Source: an uncultured Verrucomicrobiae bacterium (GTDB lineage Bacteria; Verrucomicrobiota; Verrucomicrobiia; Limisphaerales; UBA11358). From it: a stretch of DNA of 64,000 nt. Positions 36,831 to 46,864 of the stretch are shown piece after piece (position 1 is the stretch's first letter; every line of letters begins with the position of its first letter). The notes under the pieces are model-generated. The model did no database searches. It was given only the letters and a program-made list of their open reading frames with translations, and had not been told where the DNA came from. The stretch covers positions 71,790-135,789 of the forward strand of contig CAWDKS010000008.1 in NCBI GenBank assembly GCA_963802965.1. The letters run 5' to 3'. The position numbers and the translations under genes are program-made.

Positions 36831-38654
36831 ATGATAAAGTTCCTGCTCAAAGTCTGGGGTCTGGCCAAACCCTATCGCACGCGGCTCTTTCTCGGTGTCG
36901 TCACGGGCATCTTGACCGGTTTGGTATCGGGGCCGCTTCTGATTGGGACGATCATGTTCGTCTATAGCGCCGTTTTCCCGTCGCCGGATCAGGCGGGCGC
37001 GGTGCAGTTGCCCATGCACAAACTGCCCGCGTTCGTGCAGGATTGGTTTCGCGTCGCGCGCACCGCGCTGGAAAGTGGCGTGCAAACGCATCCGTGGGTG
37101 GTGACGGCGTTGGTCGCGGCCATTCCGCTCATCATGTTTTTGCGTGGGTTCTTCGGCTACCTGAACTTCTATTTCCTGCAATGGGTGGCCAGCCGCGCCA
37201 TCGCCGACCTGCGCGTCCGGCTGTTCGGGCATTTGCTGGATTTGTCGGCCGATTTCCACGGCGAAAACGCCTCCGGCCAGCTCATCTCCCGCGTGATCAA
37301 CGACACCGGCGCGTTGCAAAACGTTTTGACCGGCGCGACTTCGGTGATCGTCCGCGACCCCGTTTCGCTGATCAGCACGCTGGCTTTTTTGTTGTGGGAG
37401 CAACCGCGGCTGACGCTAATCACGATGGTCGCGCTGCCGGCAGGCATGATTCCCATTGTCATCTTCAATCGGAAAATCCGGCGCTCCAGCCGCGAGCTCC
37501 AGAAGCAGTTCGCCGAACTGACCCAAACCATGACCGAAGCCTTTACCGGCCATCGTATCGTCAAGGCGTACAACCTCGAAGGCATCGTCACGGCGGAGTT
37601 TCAAAACATCGCCCGCCGGTTCGTCAGCCATTACATGCGCATCGTGCGCGCCACCGGCATTCCCGGACCGCTCATTGAATTCTTCGGCTCCTGCGGTGTG
37701 GCGCTGCTGCTGACGTATCTGATTTGCCGGCCGCAAGGCCATCCCAACCCGGCCGATTTTCTGCAATTGGTCGGCGGCATTTTCGTGATGTATCAGCCGA
37801 TGAAAAATTTGATCGCGTTGCAAAATCAACTCGTGCAAGCCCGCGCCGCCAGTGAACGCGTTTTTGAGATCCTCACCACAAAAAACTCCGTACCCGAACC
37901 GGCTGCGCCCAAGATGCTCCGCGCCGACAAGGCTGACATCGTTTTTGAGAATGTTGCTTTCGATTACGGCGAAAAACCGGTGCTGCGCGACATTGACCTG
38001 CGGATTCATTCCGGCCAGATCATTGCGGTCGTCGGCTCCAGCGGTGCCGGCAAAACCACGCTGGCCAGCCTCCTGCTGCGGTTCTACGACCCGACCCGCG
38101 GCGCCATCCGCATCGGCGGCGTGGACATCCGCGAAGTCGCCACGCGCGACCTCCGCAACCAAATCGCCGTCGTCACCCAGGAAACCATTTTGTTCAACGA
38201 CACCATCCGCCGGAACATCGAGCTGGGCCGCCCCGGCGCAACGAACGAAGAAATCGTCACCGCCGCCCGCCATGCCCATGCTTATGACTTCATCATGGAG
38301 AAAACACAGGGCTTCGACACGGTTATTGGCGAAAAAGGCGTGATGCTTTCCGGCGGCCAGCGTCAGCGCCTCGCCATCGCCCGCGCCGTTTTGAAAAATG
38401 CGCCCATTCTGGTCCTCGACGAAGCCACCAGCGCGCTGGATACGGAATCCGAACGCGCGGTGCAGGCCGCGCTGGACGAATTGATGAGGGGCCGCACGAC
38501 GCTGTGCATCGCGCACCGGCTGTCCACCATTTTCCGCGCGGACCTGATTGTCGTGCTCGACCAGGGCCGCATTGTCGAGACTGGCCGGCACGCGGAGCTG
38601 GTCAAGCGCGGCGGCGTTTATCAAAAACTTTACGAGCTCCAGTTCCAGTCGTGA
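36831..38654 (+). CDS. msbA: lipid A export ABC transporter permease/ATPase MsbA
   Basis: Six-TM N-domain; Walker A GSSGAGKTT, signature LSGGQRQR, Walker B ILVLDEATS. Confidence 0.9.
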   Translation: MIKFLLKVWGLAKPYRTRLFLGVVTGILTGLVSGPLLIGTIMFVYSAVFPSPDQAGAVQLPMHKLPAFVQDWFRVARTALESGVQTHPWVVTALVAAIPLIMFLRGFFGYLNFYFLQWVASRAIADLRVRLFGHLLDLSADFHGENASGQLISRVINDTGALQNVLTGATSVIVRDPVSLISTLAFLLWEQPRLTLITMVALPAGMIPIVIFNRKIRRSSRELQKQFAELTQTMTEAFTGHRIVKAYNLEGIVTAEFQNIARRFVSHYMRIVRATGIPGPLIEFFGSCGVALLLTYLICRPQGHPNPADFLQLVGGIFVMYQPMKNLIALQNQLVQARAASERVFEILTTKNSVPEPAAPKMLRADKADIVFENVAFDYGEKPVLRDIDLRIHSGQIIAVVGSSGAGKTTLASLLLRFYDPTRGAIRIGGVDIREVATRDLRNQIAVVTQETILFNDTIRRNIELGRPGATNEEIVTAARHAHAYDFIMEKTQGFDTVIGEKGVMLSGGQRQRLAIARAVLKNAPILVLDEATSALDTESERAVQAALDELMRGRTTLCIAHRLSTIFRADLIVVLDQGRIVETGRHAELVKRGGVYQKLYELQFQS

Positions 38655-38744
38655 GTAGTGGCACAGGCGTCTCGCCTGTGTGTTGAATTTCATGTTATGT
38701 GACAAAAATGGTGGCATCGAACAGGCAAGATGCCTGTGCCACTT

Positions 38745-39746
38745 ATGAAAATCCTCGCCATTCAGTTTAAATATTTCGGCGACACCGTGCTGATGACCCC
38801 GGCGTTGCGGGCGCTCCGCGGGCATTTTCCGCAATGCGAATTGCATGTGCTCGTGCCGGAGGAAGTTGCCCCGCTCCTCCGGCATCTGCCGTGGTTGAAC
38901 CGTGTGTGGCCGATGCCGCGCCGGCGCGACCGCATGAGCCTGGCTCAAACCTGGCCGGTCATCCGCGCGTTGCGCCGCGAACGTTTTGACCGCTCGGTGG
39001 ATTTTGGCGGCAACGACCGCGGCGCGATTTCGAGCCTTTTCATCGGGGCGCATCTGCGGCTGGGGCCGGACGACCGCGGTGGTTTTCTGGGACGGCGCAT
39101 TTGTTACCATCAGCGCGTGCCGGCTGCGCCAGCCACACAACACGAATCCGCGCGTCTGGCGCACCTGCTTTCCGGCTGGGGCATCGTGCCATCTTCACTT
39201 GAACCCGAAATCTGCGCCGATCCGGCCCTGAACGCCTTCGCGGAAAAGTTGCTGCCGGCGGGCACGGTCGTTTGCCACATTGCTTCCAGCCAGCCGAAAA
39301 AGGAGTGGCCCGTCGCCCACTGGGCGGCGTTTTATCAGTTGGCCGCCAACGCCGGCCGCCGGCTGGCCTTCACCACCGCCAGGGGCGCCCGCGAACAATC
39401 GCTGATGGTTGAATTGAAGAAGGTTGCCCCGTCTGCGCCGATTTTGCCCGTCATCACCGATCTGGCCCTGTTCCTCGCGGTGTTGAAACGGGCGGAGTGC
39501 TTCATTTCCGGCGACACCGGGCCGTTGCATTTTGCCGCCGCCCTGGGTGTGCCGACGATTGCGCTGTTCGGTCCCAGCGCCCCTGCGCAATGGGCGCCGC
39601 TCGGCAAACACCACCAGGCTTTGACCGGCAGCCCATGCAATTGCGGTGGCGATACACAGGTCTGTTACAGCGCAAACCATTGCCTGGTGGCACTTGCACC
39701 CGGCCAGGTGTTTGCCGCGCTGCGAAATTTTTTGAAGCCGGGGTAA
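38745..39746 (+). CDS. glycosyltransferase family 9 (heptosyltransferase-like)
   Basis: MKILAIQFKYFGDTVLMTPALRAL .. ISGDTGPLHFAAALGVPTIALFGPS. Confidence 0.8.
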   Translation: MKILAIQFKYFGDTVLMTPALRALRGHFPQCELHVLVPEEVAPLLRHLPWLNRVWPMPRRRDRMSLAQTWPVIRALRRERFDRSVDFGGNDRGAISSLFIGAHLRLGPDDRGGFLGRRICYHQRVPAAPATQHESARLAHLLSGWGIVPSSLEPEICADPALNAFAEKLLPAGTVVCHIASSQPKKEWPVAHWAAFYQLAANAGRRLAFTTARGAREQSLMVELKKVAPSAPILPVITDLALFLAVLKRAECFISGDTGPLHFAAALGVPTIALFGPSAPAQWAPLGKHHQALTGSPCNCGGDTQVCYSANHCLVALAPGQVFAALRNFLKPG

Positions 39747-39814
39747 AGCCAGCCGCCACTGTGCGCGTTTGCGACTGTTCAAAGTCGTGCGAGTGGGCTA
39801 CTTTCTCCGGCGAC

Positions 39815-40930
39815 ATGGCTGACCCGATTCCCTATCTTGATCTGCCGGCGCAATTGCGCGGCATCCGCAAGGATCTTGACGCCGCCATCGCGCGCACCCT
39901 TGACAACTGCTCGTTCATCCTTGGAGCCGACGTGGCGCAATTTGAAAAAGACTTTGCCCGATTTGCCGGCGCGGACCACTGCGCCGGCTTCAACAGCGGC
40001 ACCTCGGCGCTGCATGTCGCCATGCTGTTGCTCGGCGTCGGCCCCGGCGACGGGGTCATCACCACGCCGTTCACGTTTGTGGCGACGAGTTGGGCGATTT
40101 CCTATGTCGGCGCCAGGCCGGTTTATGTGGACATTGACGACGCCACGTTCAATCTCGACCCCAAGCTCATCGAACGCGCCATCACGCCGCGCACCAAAGC
40201 CGTCATGCCCGTGCATCTCTACGGCCATCCATTTGACGTGGACGCGATTTTGGCCATCTGCCGCAAACACAAGTTGCCGCTCGTCGAAGACGCGGCCCAG
40301 GCACACGGCGCAAAATACAAGGGCAAAGCCGTCGGCACGTTTGGCCAAATTTCCTGCTTCAGCTTTTATCCCGGCAAAAATCTCGGCGCCTGCGGTGAAG
40401 GCGGCGCGCTCCTGACCAACAATTCTGTTTTTGACCGGCGCGCCCGCAGTTTGCGCGAACACGGCTCCACCATGCGCTATTACCACGACGAAGTCGGATA
40501 CAATTACCGCATGGAAGGCATTCAAGGCGCGACGCTCGGCGTGAAGCTGAAACACCTGGCGAAATGGACGAAAGAACGCCGTTGCGTCGCGCATCGCTAC
40601 CACGAACTTCTGGCCGGCACGCCGCTGCAGTTGCCGACCGAAGCGGATTACGCGCAGAGCGCGTGGCATCTTTATGTCGTGCGCCATCCGCGCCGCGATG
40701 ATTTGAAAAAGCATCTCGAAGCCAATGGCGTTGGCTGCGCGCTGCATTATCCGCTGCCGTTGCACTTGCAGAAGTGTTATGCGAATCTCGGCCACAAGCC
40801 CGGCGATTTTCCCGTCGCCGAAAAGGCCGCGCGCGAATGCTTGAGCCTGCCGATTTATCCCGAATTGACCGACAAACAAATCCAGCGCGTGGCGGATGTG
40901 ATCAAGGATTTCTTCAAAAAGAATAAATGA
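39815..40930 (+). CDS. DegT/DnrJ/EryC1/StrS-family sugar aminotransferase
   Basis: IPYLDL......I...L......F.LG..V..FE..FA.F....H..G.NSGT.AL; SFYPGKNLGA (PLP Lys region). Confidence 0.9.
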   Translation: MADPIPYLDLPAQLRGIRKDLDAAIARTLDNCSFILGADVAQFEKDFARFAGADHCAGFNSGTSALHVAMLLLGVGPGDGVITTPFTFVATSWAISYVGARPVYVDIDDATFNLDPKLIERAITPRTKAVMPVHLYGHPFDVDAILAICRKHKLPLVEDAAQAHGAKYKGKAVGTFGQISCFSFYPGKNLGACGEGGALLTNNSVFDRRARSLREHGSTMRYYHDEVGYNYRMEGIQGATLGVKLKHLAKWTKERRCVAHRYHELLAGTPLQLPTEADYAQSAWHLYVVRHPRRDDLKKHLEANGVGCALHYPLPLHLQKCYANLGHKPGDFPVAEKAARECLSLPIYPELTDKQIQRVADVIKDFFKKNK

Positions 40931-41114
40931 GCAAGCCAAGGCACCGAACGGCAATGTCCTGATTTGAGTTTGGAGTTCCGCGTTTACGCGGTCTTCTGGT
41001 CGCCTGAAGGCGGAACTACAAACGATTCGCATCGCGAGTTTTTTTGCTGTCCAATTGCTTGGAATTCTGCCAAAAATGTCCCTTTCCCGGCTCGTCCCGG
41101 AAGATCAGAAATTT

Positions 41115-42119
41115 ATGAAAGCTACAAAAGCCAAAGACACCGCCACCAGCCGCTGGCTCTCGTTCCGGCCGGAAATCAAGGTCCTCGACTGCACCATCCG
41201 CGACGGCGGCCTCATGAACAATCACCACTTCGACGACAAGATTGTGAAGGTGGTGTACGACACCTGTGTCGCCGCGGGCATTGATTACATGGAGCTGGGT
41301 TACAAAGCCTCGCGCAAAGGTATCAAGGCCGGCGAACACGGCTGCTGGAAATACTGCCTCGAAGACGACCTGCGCCGCATCGTCGGCGACAACCCGACCG
41401 GCCTGAAGCTCACCGTCATGGCCGACGCCGAGCGTTGCGATTACCACGAAGACATCCTGCCAAAGAAGGACAGCGTCCTGGACATGATCCGCGTGGCGAC
41501 TTACATCAGCCAGATTCCGACCGCGCTCGACATGGTCAAGGACGCGCATGACAAGGGCTACGAAACGACCGTCAATCTCATGGCCGTTTCCACCGTGCCG
41601 GAAAGCGAGCTGGACGAGGGGCTGGAAATGCTGGCTGCGTCCGAGGCGGAGGCGATTTACGTTGTGGACAGTTTCGGCGCGCTTTACAGCGAGCGGATTC
41701 ACGAGCTGGTGAAGAAATACCAGCATCATTGCAAGGCGTCCGGCAAGGAAGTGGGCGTGCACATGCACAACAACATGCAACTCGCCTACGCCAACACCAT
41801 CGAAGGCATCATCGAAGGCGCCAACTTTCTCGACGCCACGATGGCCGGTTTGGGCCGCGGGGCGGGCAATTGCCAGATGGAACTGCTCCTCGCCTTCCTG
41901 CACAACCCGAAATACAAAATCCGCCCCGTGCTCGATTGCGTGCAAAACCACATCGAGCCGATGCGCGCCAAACTGTTGTGGGGTTACGACCTGCCGTATT
42001 TGCTCACCGGCATGTTGAACCAGCATCCGCGCACCGCCATCAAGTTCAAGGAAGCCGAACTGAAGGGCGAGAAGGGCGACATCCTCAAGTTCCACGACTC
42101 CGTCACGGATCAGGAGTGA
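41115..42119 (+). CDS. HMGL-like (DRE-TIM) aldolase-family protein
   Basis: VLDCTIRDGGLMNNHHFDD..GIDYMELGY; HMHNN; exact function unknown. Confidence 0.7.
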   Translation: MKATKAKDTATSRWLSFRPEIKVLDCTIRDGGLMNNHHFDDKIVKVVYDTCVAAGIDYMELGYKASRKGIKAGEHGCWKYCLEDDLRRIVGDNPTGLKLTVMADAERCDYHEDILPKKDSVLDMIRVATYISQIPTALDMVKDAHDKGYETTVNLMAVSTVPESELDEGLEMLAASEAEAIYVVDSFGALYSERIHELVKKYQHHCKASGKEVGVHMHNNMQLAYANTIEGIIEGANFLDATMAGLGRGAGNCQMELLLAFLHNPKYKIRPVLDCVQNHIEPMRAKLLWGYDLPYLLTGMLNQHPRTAIKFKEAELKGEKGDILKFHDSVTDQE

Positions 42120-42313
42120 AACAATTTCCACACCGGCTTGCATTTACCCGCAAAACGGCTTGGTTGAACAAACCCGGAGGCCACATTGCCACGAACCGCC
42201 TCGCAATTCCGTGATGGGACACGAGTTTCACGAAACAACGCGAAATGGATGCGCCTGATTTGAATTCATGAAAATTAGTGTAATTCGTGTCAGCTTCCGC
42301 TATTTTTCGCGCC

Positions 42314-43460
42314 ATGTTCGAAACGGTTAAAACGGAAATTACGACGGCATCGGAGAAACTTGCGCACCTGCGGAGGTTTCTTTGACGTGCCCGCCGCGCA
42401 GCAGCGCCTCGGCGAACTCAATTCGCTCATGGCCGCCGACCATTTCTGGGACAACCGCGAAAAGGCGCAGACGCTGATTGACGAGGCCAATTCCCTCCGC
42501 AACAAAATCGAGCCGCTGCTCCAGGCGGAAAAACACCTGGACGATTTCCGCGTGATGCTCGAACTCGGCGAGGCCGAACCCGCCGACGCGCAGCCGAAGG
42601 TCCAGCAGGAACTGGAGCGCGACGTCGCGAAATTTTTCAAGGACCTCGACGCGCTGGAACTGAAGGTTTTTCTCAGCGGCCCGCACGACCGGAAGAATTG
42701 CATCCTGGGCATCAACGCCGGCGCCGGCGGCACCGAGGCGCAGGACTGGGCGGAAATGCTGTCGCGCATGTATCAGCGCTGGGCCGAATCGCGCGGCTGG
42801 GAGGTCGAAGTCACCGACGCGCTGCCCGGCGAAGGCGCGGGCCTCAAGAGCGTCACGATGCTGCTTCAGGGTGAAAACGCCTACGGCTTCGCCAAGGCCG
42901 AACGCGGCGTCCACCGGCTCGTGCGCATCTCGCCATTCGACTCGAACAAGCGGCGTCACACCAGCTTTGCCAGCGTGGATGTGATTGCGGAAATTGAAGA
43001 AAATGATTCCGATCTCGTCATCCCGCCGAATGAGTTTCAAATTGACACATTTCGTTCCGGTGGCAAGGGCGGCCAGAACGTGAACAAGGTCGAGACCGCC
43101 GTCCGCATCACTCACATCCCTACCGGCCTTGTCGTCGCGTCGCAAACCCAGCGGTCGCAGCACCAAAACCGCGCCACGGCGATGAAACTGTTGCTCTCGC
43201 GGATTTACGCGCAGCGGCAGGACGCGGCGAAGGCGGAGATGGAACGGTTTTACGGCGAGAAGGGCAGCATTTCGTGGGGCAACCAGATTCGCAGCTACGT
43301 GTTCCAGCCGTATCGCATGGTGAAGGATTTGCGCACCGGCATCGAAACGAGCAATGTGCAGGCCGTGATGGACGGCGATTTGGATCAATTCGTGAACGGC
43401 TGGCTCCGCGCCGGCTGCCCGACGAAACGTATGCAGGGTGTGAAAGATGACGAGGAATAA
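42314..43460 (+). CDS. prfB: peptide chain release factor 2; join(42314..42382,42384..43460) via programmed +1 frameshift
   Basis: Frame 0 MFETVKTEITTASEKLAHLRRFL then TGA; +1 frame continues DVPAAQQRLGELN..; SPF and GGQ motifs (RISPFDS, RSGGKGGQNVNKVETAVRITHIPTG). Confidence 0.92.
42372..42386 (+). promoter_or_regulatory. RF2 autoregulatory +1 frameshift site
   Basis: GGAGG ttt CTT TGA C: SD-like element 3 nt upstream of the CUU UGA C slippery/stop context. Confidence 0.85.
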
Positions 43461-43463
43461 ATT

Positions 43464-43532
43464 TGGGAGGGACGGCGTGCCGCCGTCCCTGTTATAAAGG
43501 AAAAATGGGACGGCAACATGCCGTCCCTCCCA
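43464..43532. repeat. family-B element (paired GGGACGGC..GCCGTCCC hairpins)
   Basis: tgggagggacggcgtgccgccgtccct..gggacggcaacatgccgtccctccca; near-identical to 51294-51352. Confidence 0.75.
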
Positions 43533-43534
43533 GC

Positions 43535-44413
43535 ATGGCAAATATTCTCGACAAAATTGTTGAGCAGAAGAAACGCGAAGTCGCGAAGCTGCCCGCGCGG
43601 CTCATCGCCGCTGGCGATTTGCGCGACGCGCTGCTCGAACGCGGTGAACAACGCGATTTTCTGGCGGCGCTTCGTCGCGCCAGATCTGGTAGGAGCCGAG
43701 GTGACGAGGCTCAAACAAAAAAGAACATTCAATTAGAGCCTCCTCACGTCGGCTCCCACAATTTAATTGCGTTGATTGCCGAGGTCAAAAAAGCGTCGCC
43801 ATCGGCGGGCGTGATTTGCAAGGACTTCGACCCGGTCCGCATTGCGAAAGCTTACGAAGCGGCGGGTGCAAGCTGCCTGTCGGTCCTGACCGATGGAAAA
43901 TTCTTTCAAGGTTCGCTCGATCATCTCCGGCAAATCCGCGCCGCGGTGGAATTGCCGTTGTTGCGCAAGGACTTCATCATTGACGAGCGGCAGATCCTCG
44001 AAGCCATCGAATGGGGCGCGGACGCCATCCTGCTCATCGTCGCCATCTTGAGCGACGGCCAGTTGAGAAAATTCCATTCGCTGGCCACCGAAGCCGGATT
44101 GTCCGTGCTGGTTGAAGTCCACGATGAAGCGGAATTGGAACGCGCGCGGAAAATTGGCGCAACCCTCATCGGCGTCAACAACCGCGATTTGAAGACGTTC
44201 AAAGTTGACCTGGCCACGACGGAAAAACTGGCGGCGAAGCTTTTTCCGTCACCCGCCACTCGTCACTCGTCACTCCTTGTGGCCGAGAGCGGCATCCTCA
44301 CGCGCGCGGATGCGGAGCGGTTGAAGCAATGCGGCGCCAACGCCATTTTGGTCGGCGAATCCTTGCTGCGCGGTGGTGATATTCAATCTAAAATCCGCGA
44401 ACTGATCGGGTAG
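43535..44413 (+). CDS. trpC: indole-3-glycerol phosphate synthase, with a repeat-encoded 24-27-aa insertion
   Basis: MANILDKIVEQKKREV.., IALIAEVKKASPSAGVI, SVLTDGKFFQGS, LLRKDFIIDERQILEA, GADAILLI, ESGI. Confidence 0.88.
   Translation: MANILDKIVEQKKREVAKLPARLIAAGDLRDALLERGEQRDFLAALRRARSGRSRGDEAQTKKNIQLEPPHVGSHNLIALIAEVKKASPSAGVICKDFDPVRIAKAYEAAGASCLSVLTDGKFFQGSLDHLRQIRAAVELPLLRKDFIIDERQILEAIEWGADAILLIVAILSDGQLRKFHSLATEAGLSVLVEVHDEAELERARKIGATLIGVNNRDLKTFKVDLATTEKLAAKLFPSPATRHSSLLVAESGILTRADAERLKQCGANAILVGESLLRGGDIQSKIRELIG
43688..43759. repeat. family-A variant element (72 bp) inserted in-frame in trpC
   Basis: ggtaggagccgaggtgacgaggctc...gagcctcctcacgtcggctcccac; encodes ..GRSRGDEAQTKKNIQLEPPHVGSH.. 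Confidence 0.75.
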
Positions 44414-44506
44414 CACCCGCCTCCGGCGGGTTCAATTCGGCGTCCCGCCGAATTACCACGGCAAGCGGAGAATTACCGACAACCGGGCAAGTGCCGGCAA
44501 ATTGTG

Positions 44507-45562
44507 TCAGCCGTCCGTTTCGGGCGTGACGCCCGAAACGACCCGCGGGACGCGGGTGCTACCACAAAAACACGCACGACTTTGCGCCAGTTGCTTCGCC
44601 AGCCGGATGGCGGCAATCATGCTCGAGGGATTGGCGGTTCCTTTTCCGGCAATGTCGTAGGCCGTGCCGTGATCCGGCGAGGTGCGGATGAACGGCAGAC
44701 CCAGCGTCCAGTTCACGCCGGTGTCAAACGCGACGGCTTTCAGCGGCGCGAGTCCCTGGTCATGATACATCGCCACGACCGCGTCAAAATCGCCGCACAA
44801 GGCGTAATGAAAAACCGTGTCGCCGCTCAACGGGCCGACGACATCCAGTCCCCGTTTTTTCGCGGCCAGAACCGCTGGCGCGATGGTTTTGATTTCCTCG
44901 TCGCCGAATTCGCCGCCTTCGCCCGCGTGCGGATTCAAACCGCAAACGGCGACACGCGCGCGGGGCAATTGCAAGTCGCGGCAGGCTTGCGCGGCCAGTT
45001 CGATCGCCAGCGCGATTTTTTCCGCCGTCAGTTTTTCTGGGATTGATTTGATGGAAATGTGGATGGTGGCCAGGGCGACGCGGAGCCAGCGGTCCTTGTC
45101 ATCATGGCCGAGCAGCATCATCGCCGTTCGTTTGGTGCCGGCGAGTCCGGACAGAAATTCCGTCTGGCCGATGAATATGTATCCGGCGCGGATGATGGCT
45201 TCCTTGTTGACGGGCGCGGTGACAAGCGCGTCCAGTTCGCGCCGGAGACAGCGTTCCGCGCCGTCCCGCAAAGACGTGACGGCGGCGTTCGCGGCCGCGG
45301 GCGAACCCGCGGGCTGATTTTCCGGCAACGGTTCGACCAATGGATTTGTGACGAAGAACCGGCCGGAGTCGCCATGGCCGGAGAATTTTTTCAGCGGCAG
45401 ATTCAAGCCCAGTTTCCGGTTGAGCCGTTCCGTCCCGCCCCAATCGCCGATGAGCAGATATTTCGTGTTGTCTTCCGGCGCCCCGGCGGCGATGGCCTTA
45501 AGGGTGACTTCGGGGCCGATGCCGGTCACGTCACCGAGCGAGATGCCGATCCAGTTTTTCAT
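44507..45562 (-). CDS. pdxA: 4-hydroxythreonine-4-phosphate dehydrogenase, with ~25-aa repeat-encoded C-terminal tail
   Basis: MKNWIGISLGDVTGIGPEV.., GLNPHAGEGG, HGTAYDIAGKG. Confidence 0.88.
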   Translation of the reverse strand: MKNWIGISLGDVTGIGPEVTLKAIAAGAPEDNTKYLLIGDWGGTERLNRKLGLNLPLKKFSGHGDSGRFFVTNPLVEPLPENQPAGSPAAANAAVTSLRDGAERCLRRELDALVTAPVNKEAIIRAGYIFIGQTEFLSGLAGTKRTAMMLLGHDDKDRWLRVALATIHISIKSIPEKLTAEKIALAIELAAQACRDLQLPRARVAVCGLNPHAGEGGEFGDEEIKTIAPAVLAAKKRGLDVVGPLSGDTVFHYALCGDFDAVVAMYHDQGLAPLKAVAFDTGVNWTLGLPFIRTSPDHGTAYDIAGKGTANPSSMIAAIRLAKQLAQSRACFCGSTRVPRVVSGVTPETDG

Positions 45563-45617
45563 GCGGCAGGTGAAACGTGAGACGTGAAACGTGAATTCAC
45601 GCCTCATGTTTTACGTC

Positions 45618-46574
45618 TCAGAAATAGCGGATGAACGTTTTTTTCTTCATCGAGTCAATCCACTGTTTTTGGATCCGGGCCTGTTCCTGGGTGCGGAGGG
45701 TTTTCTCAATGTCATCGCGGATTTCGCCGAGTGGCCGGACATGGGCGGGGCGAGTTTGTTCGACGAGCATGAGGTAGCAGGCTTCCGGCGTTTCGACCAC
45801 GTCGCTGACCTGGCCGGGCTTGAGCGTGAAGGCGACCTCGGCGAGTTCCTTGCGGAGCACGGAGCGCTCGACCCAGCCCCAGTCGCCGCCCTGCTTTTGT
45901 TGCGAACCTTGGGAATAAACGGAGGCCATCTCCTGAAAACTCGCGCCGCCCTTGATTTGGGACAGGATTTCGCGGGCCAGAGCTGGAGCGTTGGTGTCGT
46001 CACCGGAGGTTTTGTTGAGCACGATCATGCGTAGTTTGATTTCGTCCTCAACCTTGAAATCGTCCTGGTGGGCCAGGTAGTAGGTTTCCACCTTGTAGGG
46101 CGAGATGACGATTTCGCGCGAAACGTTTTGGTTGCGCAACGCCGACTCGATGTATTGGTCGCGGATGTCCTCGCGGAATTGTTCGAACGTCATGCCCTGC
46201 GCCTGCAATGATTTCATCGCCGTGACGCGGTCGCCGAACTGCTCGCGGATCCGGTCCTGCACCAGTTCGTCCACAACGCTGTCCGGCAGCTTGGTGTATT
46301 TGGCCTCGAATTCGTGCAGGATCAACTGGCGCTCCACCAATATCTCCAGGCTGTTGTCGAGCGCCTCGGCGAGTCTTTGTTGAAAGACCTCCGGCTGTTC
46401 GGCGTATTGCCGGCGCAAGGCCTCCATCGCCGGCGCGGTGAAGTCCTCGACCTGCGCGTAGGTGATGACCGTGTTGTTCACAATGGCCTTGACGCCGTCG
46501 GCCAGTTCCGCGCGCGCGGGCAGGCCCAGGCACATTGCCGCCGCGCAAATTGGGATCAATCGGGACCAATTCAT
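45618..46574 (-). CDS. SurA-like periplasmic chaperone / parvulin-type peptidyl-prolyl isomerase
   Basis: Signal peptide MNWSRLIPICAAAMCLGLPARA; parvulin domain ..GGDWGWVERSVLRKELAEVAFTLKPGQVSDVVET. Confidence 0.75.
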   Translation of the reverse strand: MNWSRLIPICAAAMCLGLPARAELADGVKAIVNNTVITYAQVEDFTAPAMEALRRQYAEQPEVFQQRLAEALDNSLEILVERQLILHEFEAKYTKLPDSVVDELVQDRIREQFGDRVTAMKSLQAQGMTFEQFREDIRDQYIESALRNQNVSREIVISPYKVETYYLAHQDDFKVEDEIKLRMIVLNKTSGDDTNAPALAREILSQIKGGASFQEMASVYSQGSQQKQGGDWGWVERSVLRKELAEVAFTLKPGQVSDVVETPEACYLMLVEQTRPAHVRPLGEIRDDIEKTLRTQEQARIQKQWIDSMKKKTFIRYF

Positions 46575-46630
46575 CGAATTCAATGCGAATACTAGCAACT
46601 GGCCCCGGCGGGTCAAGCGCCGCCACCGCA

Positions 46631-46810
46631 TCAAAACGGCCGCGCGCGGTTGAACAAATACATGATCAACGCCATGAGCGCGGAGAAAACCAGGCACGCC
46701 ACGATTGACCATTTCAAAAACCGCTTTTGCTTGCGGCGCGCCGCCGGACCACCCTGGCCGGGCAGCAGGTAATAACGTTCGCGCTCTTTATTGCCATTGA
46801 AAAAAAACAT
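46631..46810 (-). CDS. small single-TM protein (59 aa), hypothetical
   Basis: MFFFNGNKERERYYLLPGQGGPAARRKQKRFLKWSIVACLVFSALMALIMYLFNRARPF; not overlapped by the plus-strand gene. Confidence 0.35.
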   Translation of the reverse strand: MFFFNGNKERERYYLLPGQGGPAARRKQKRFLKWSIVACLVFSALMALIMYLFNRARPF

Positions 46811-46864
46811 ACGCTTCCGACTACGCCGGTTTTTTAGCATACCATCCGCCGTCACACAAGTCCG

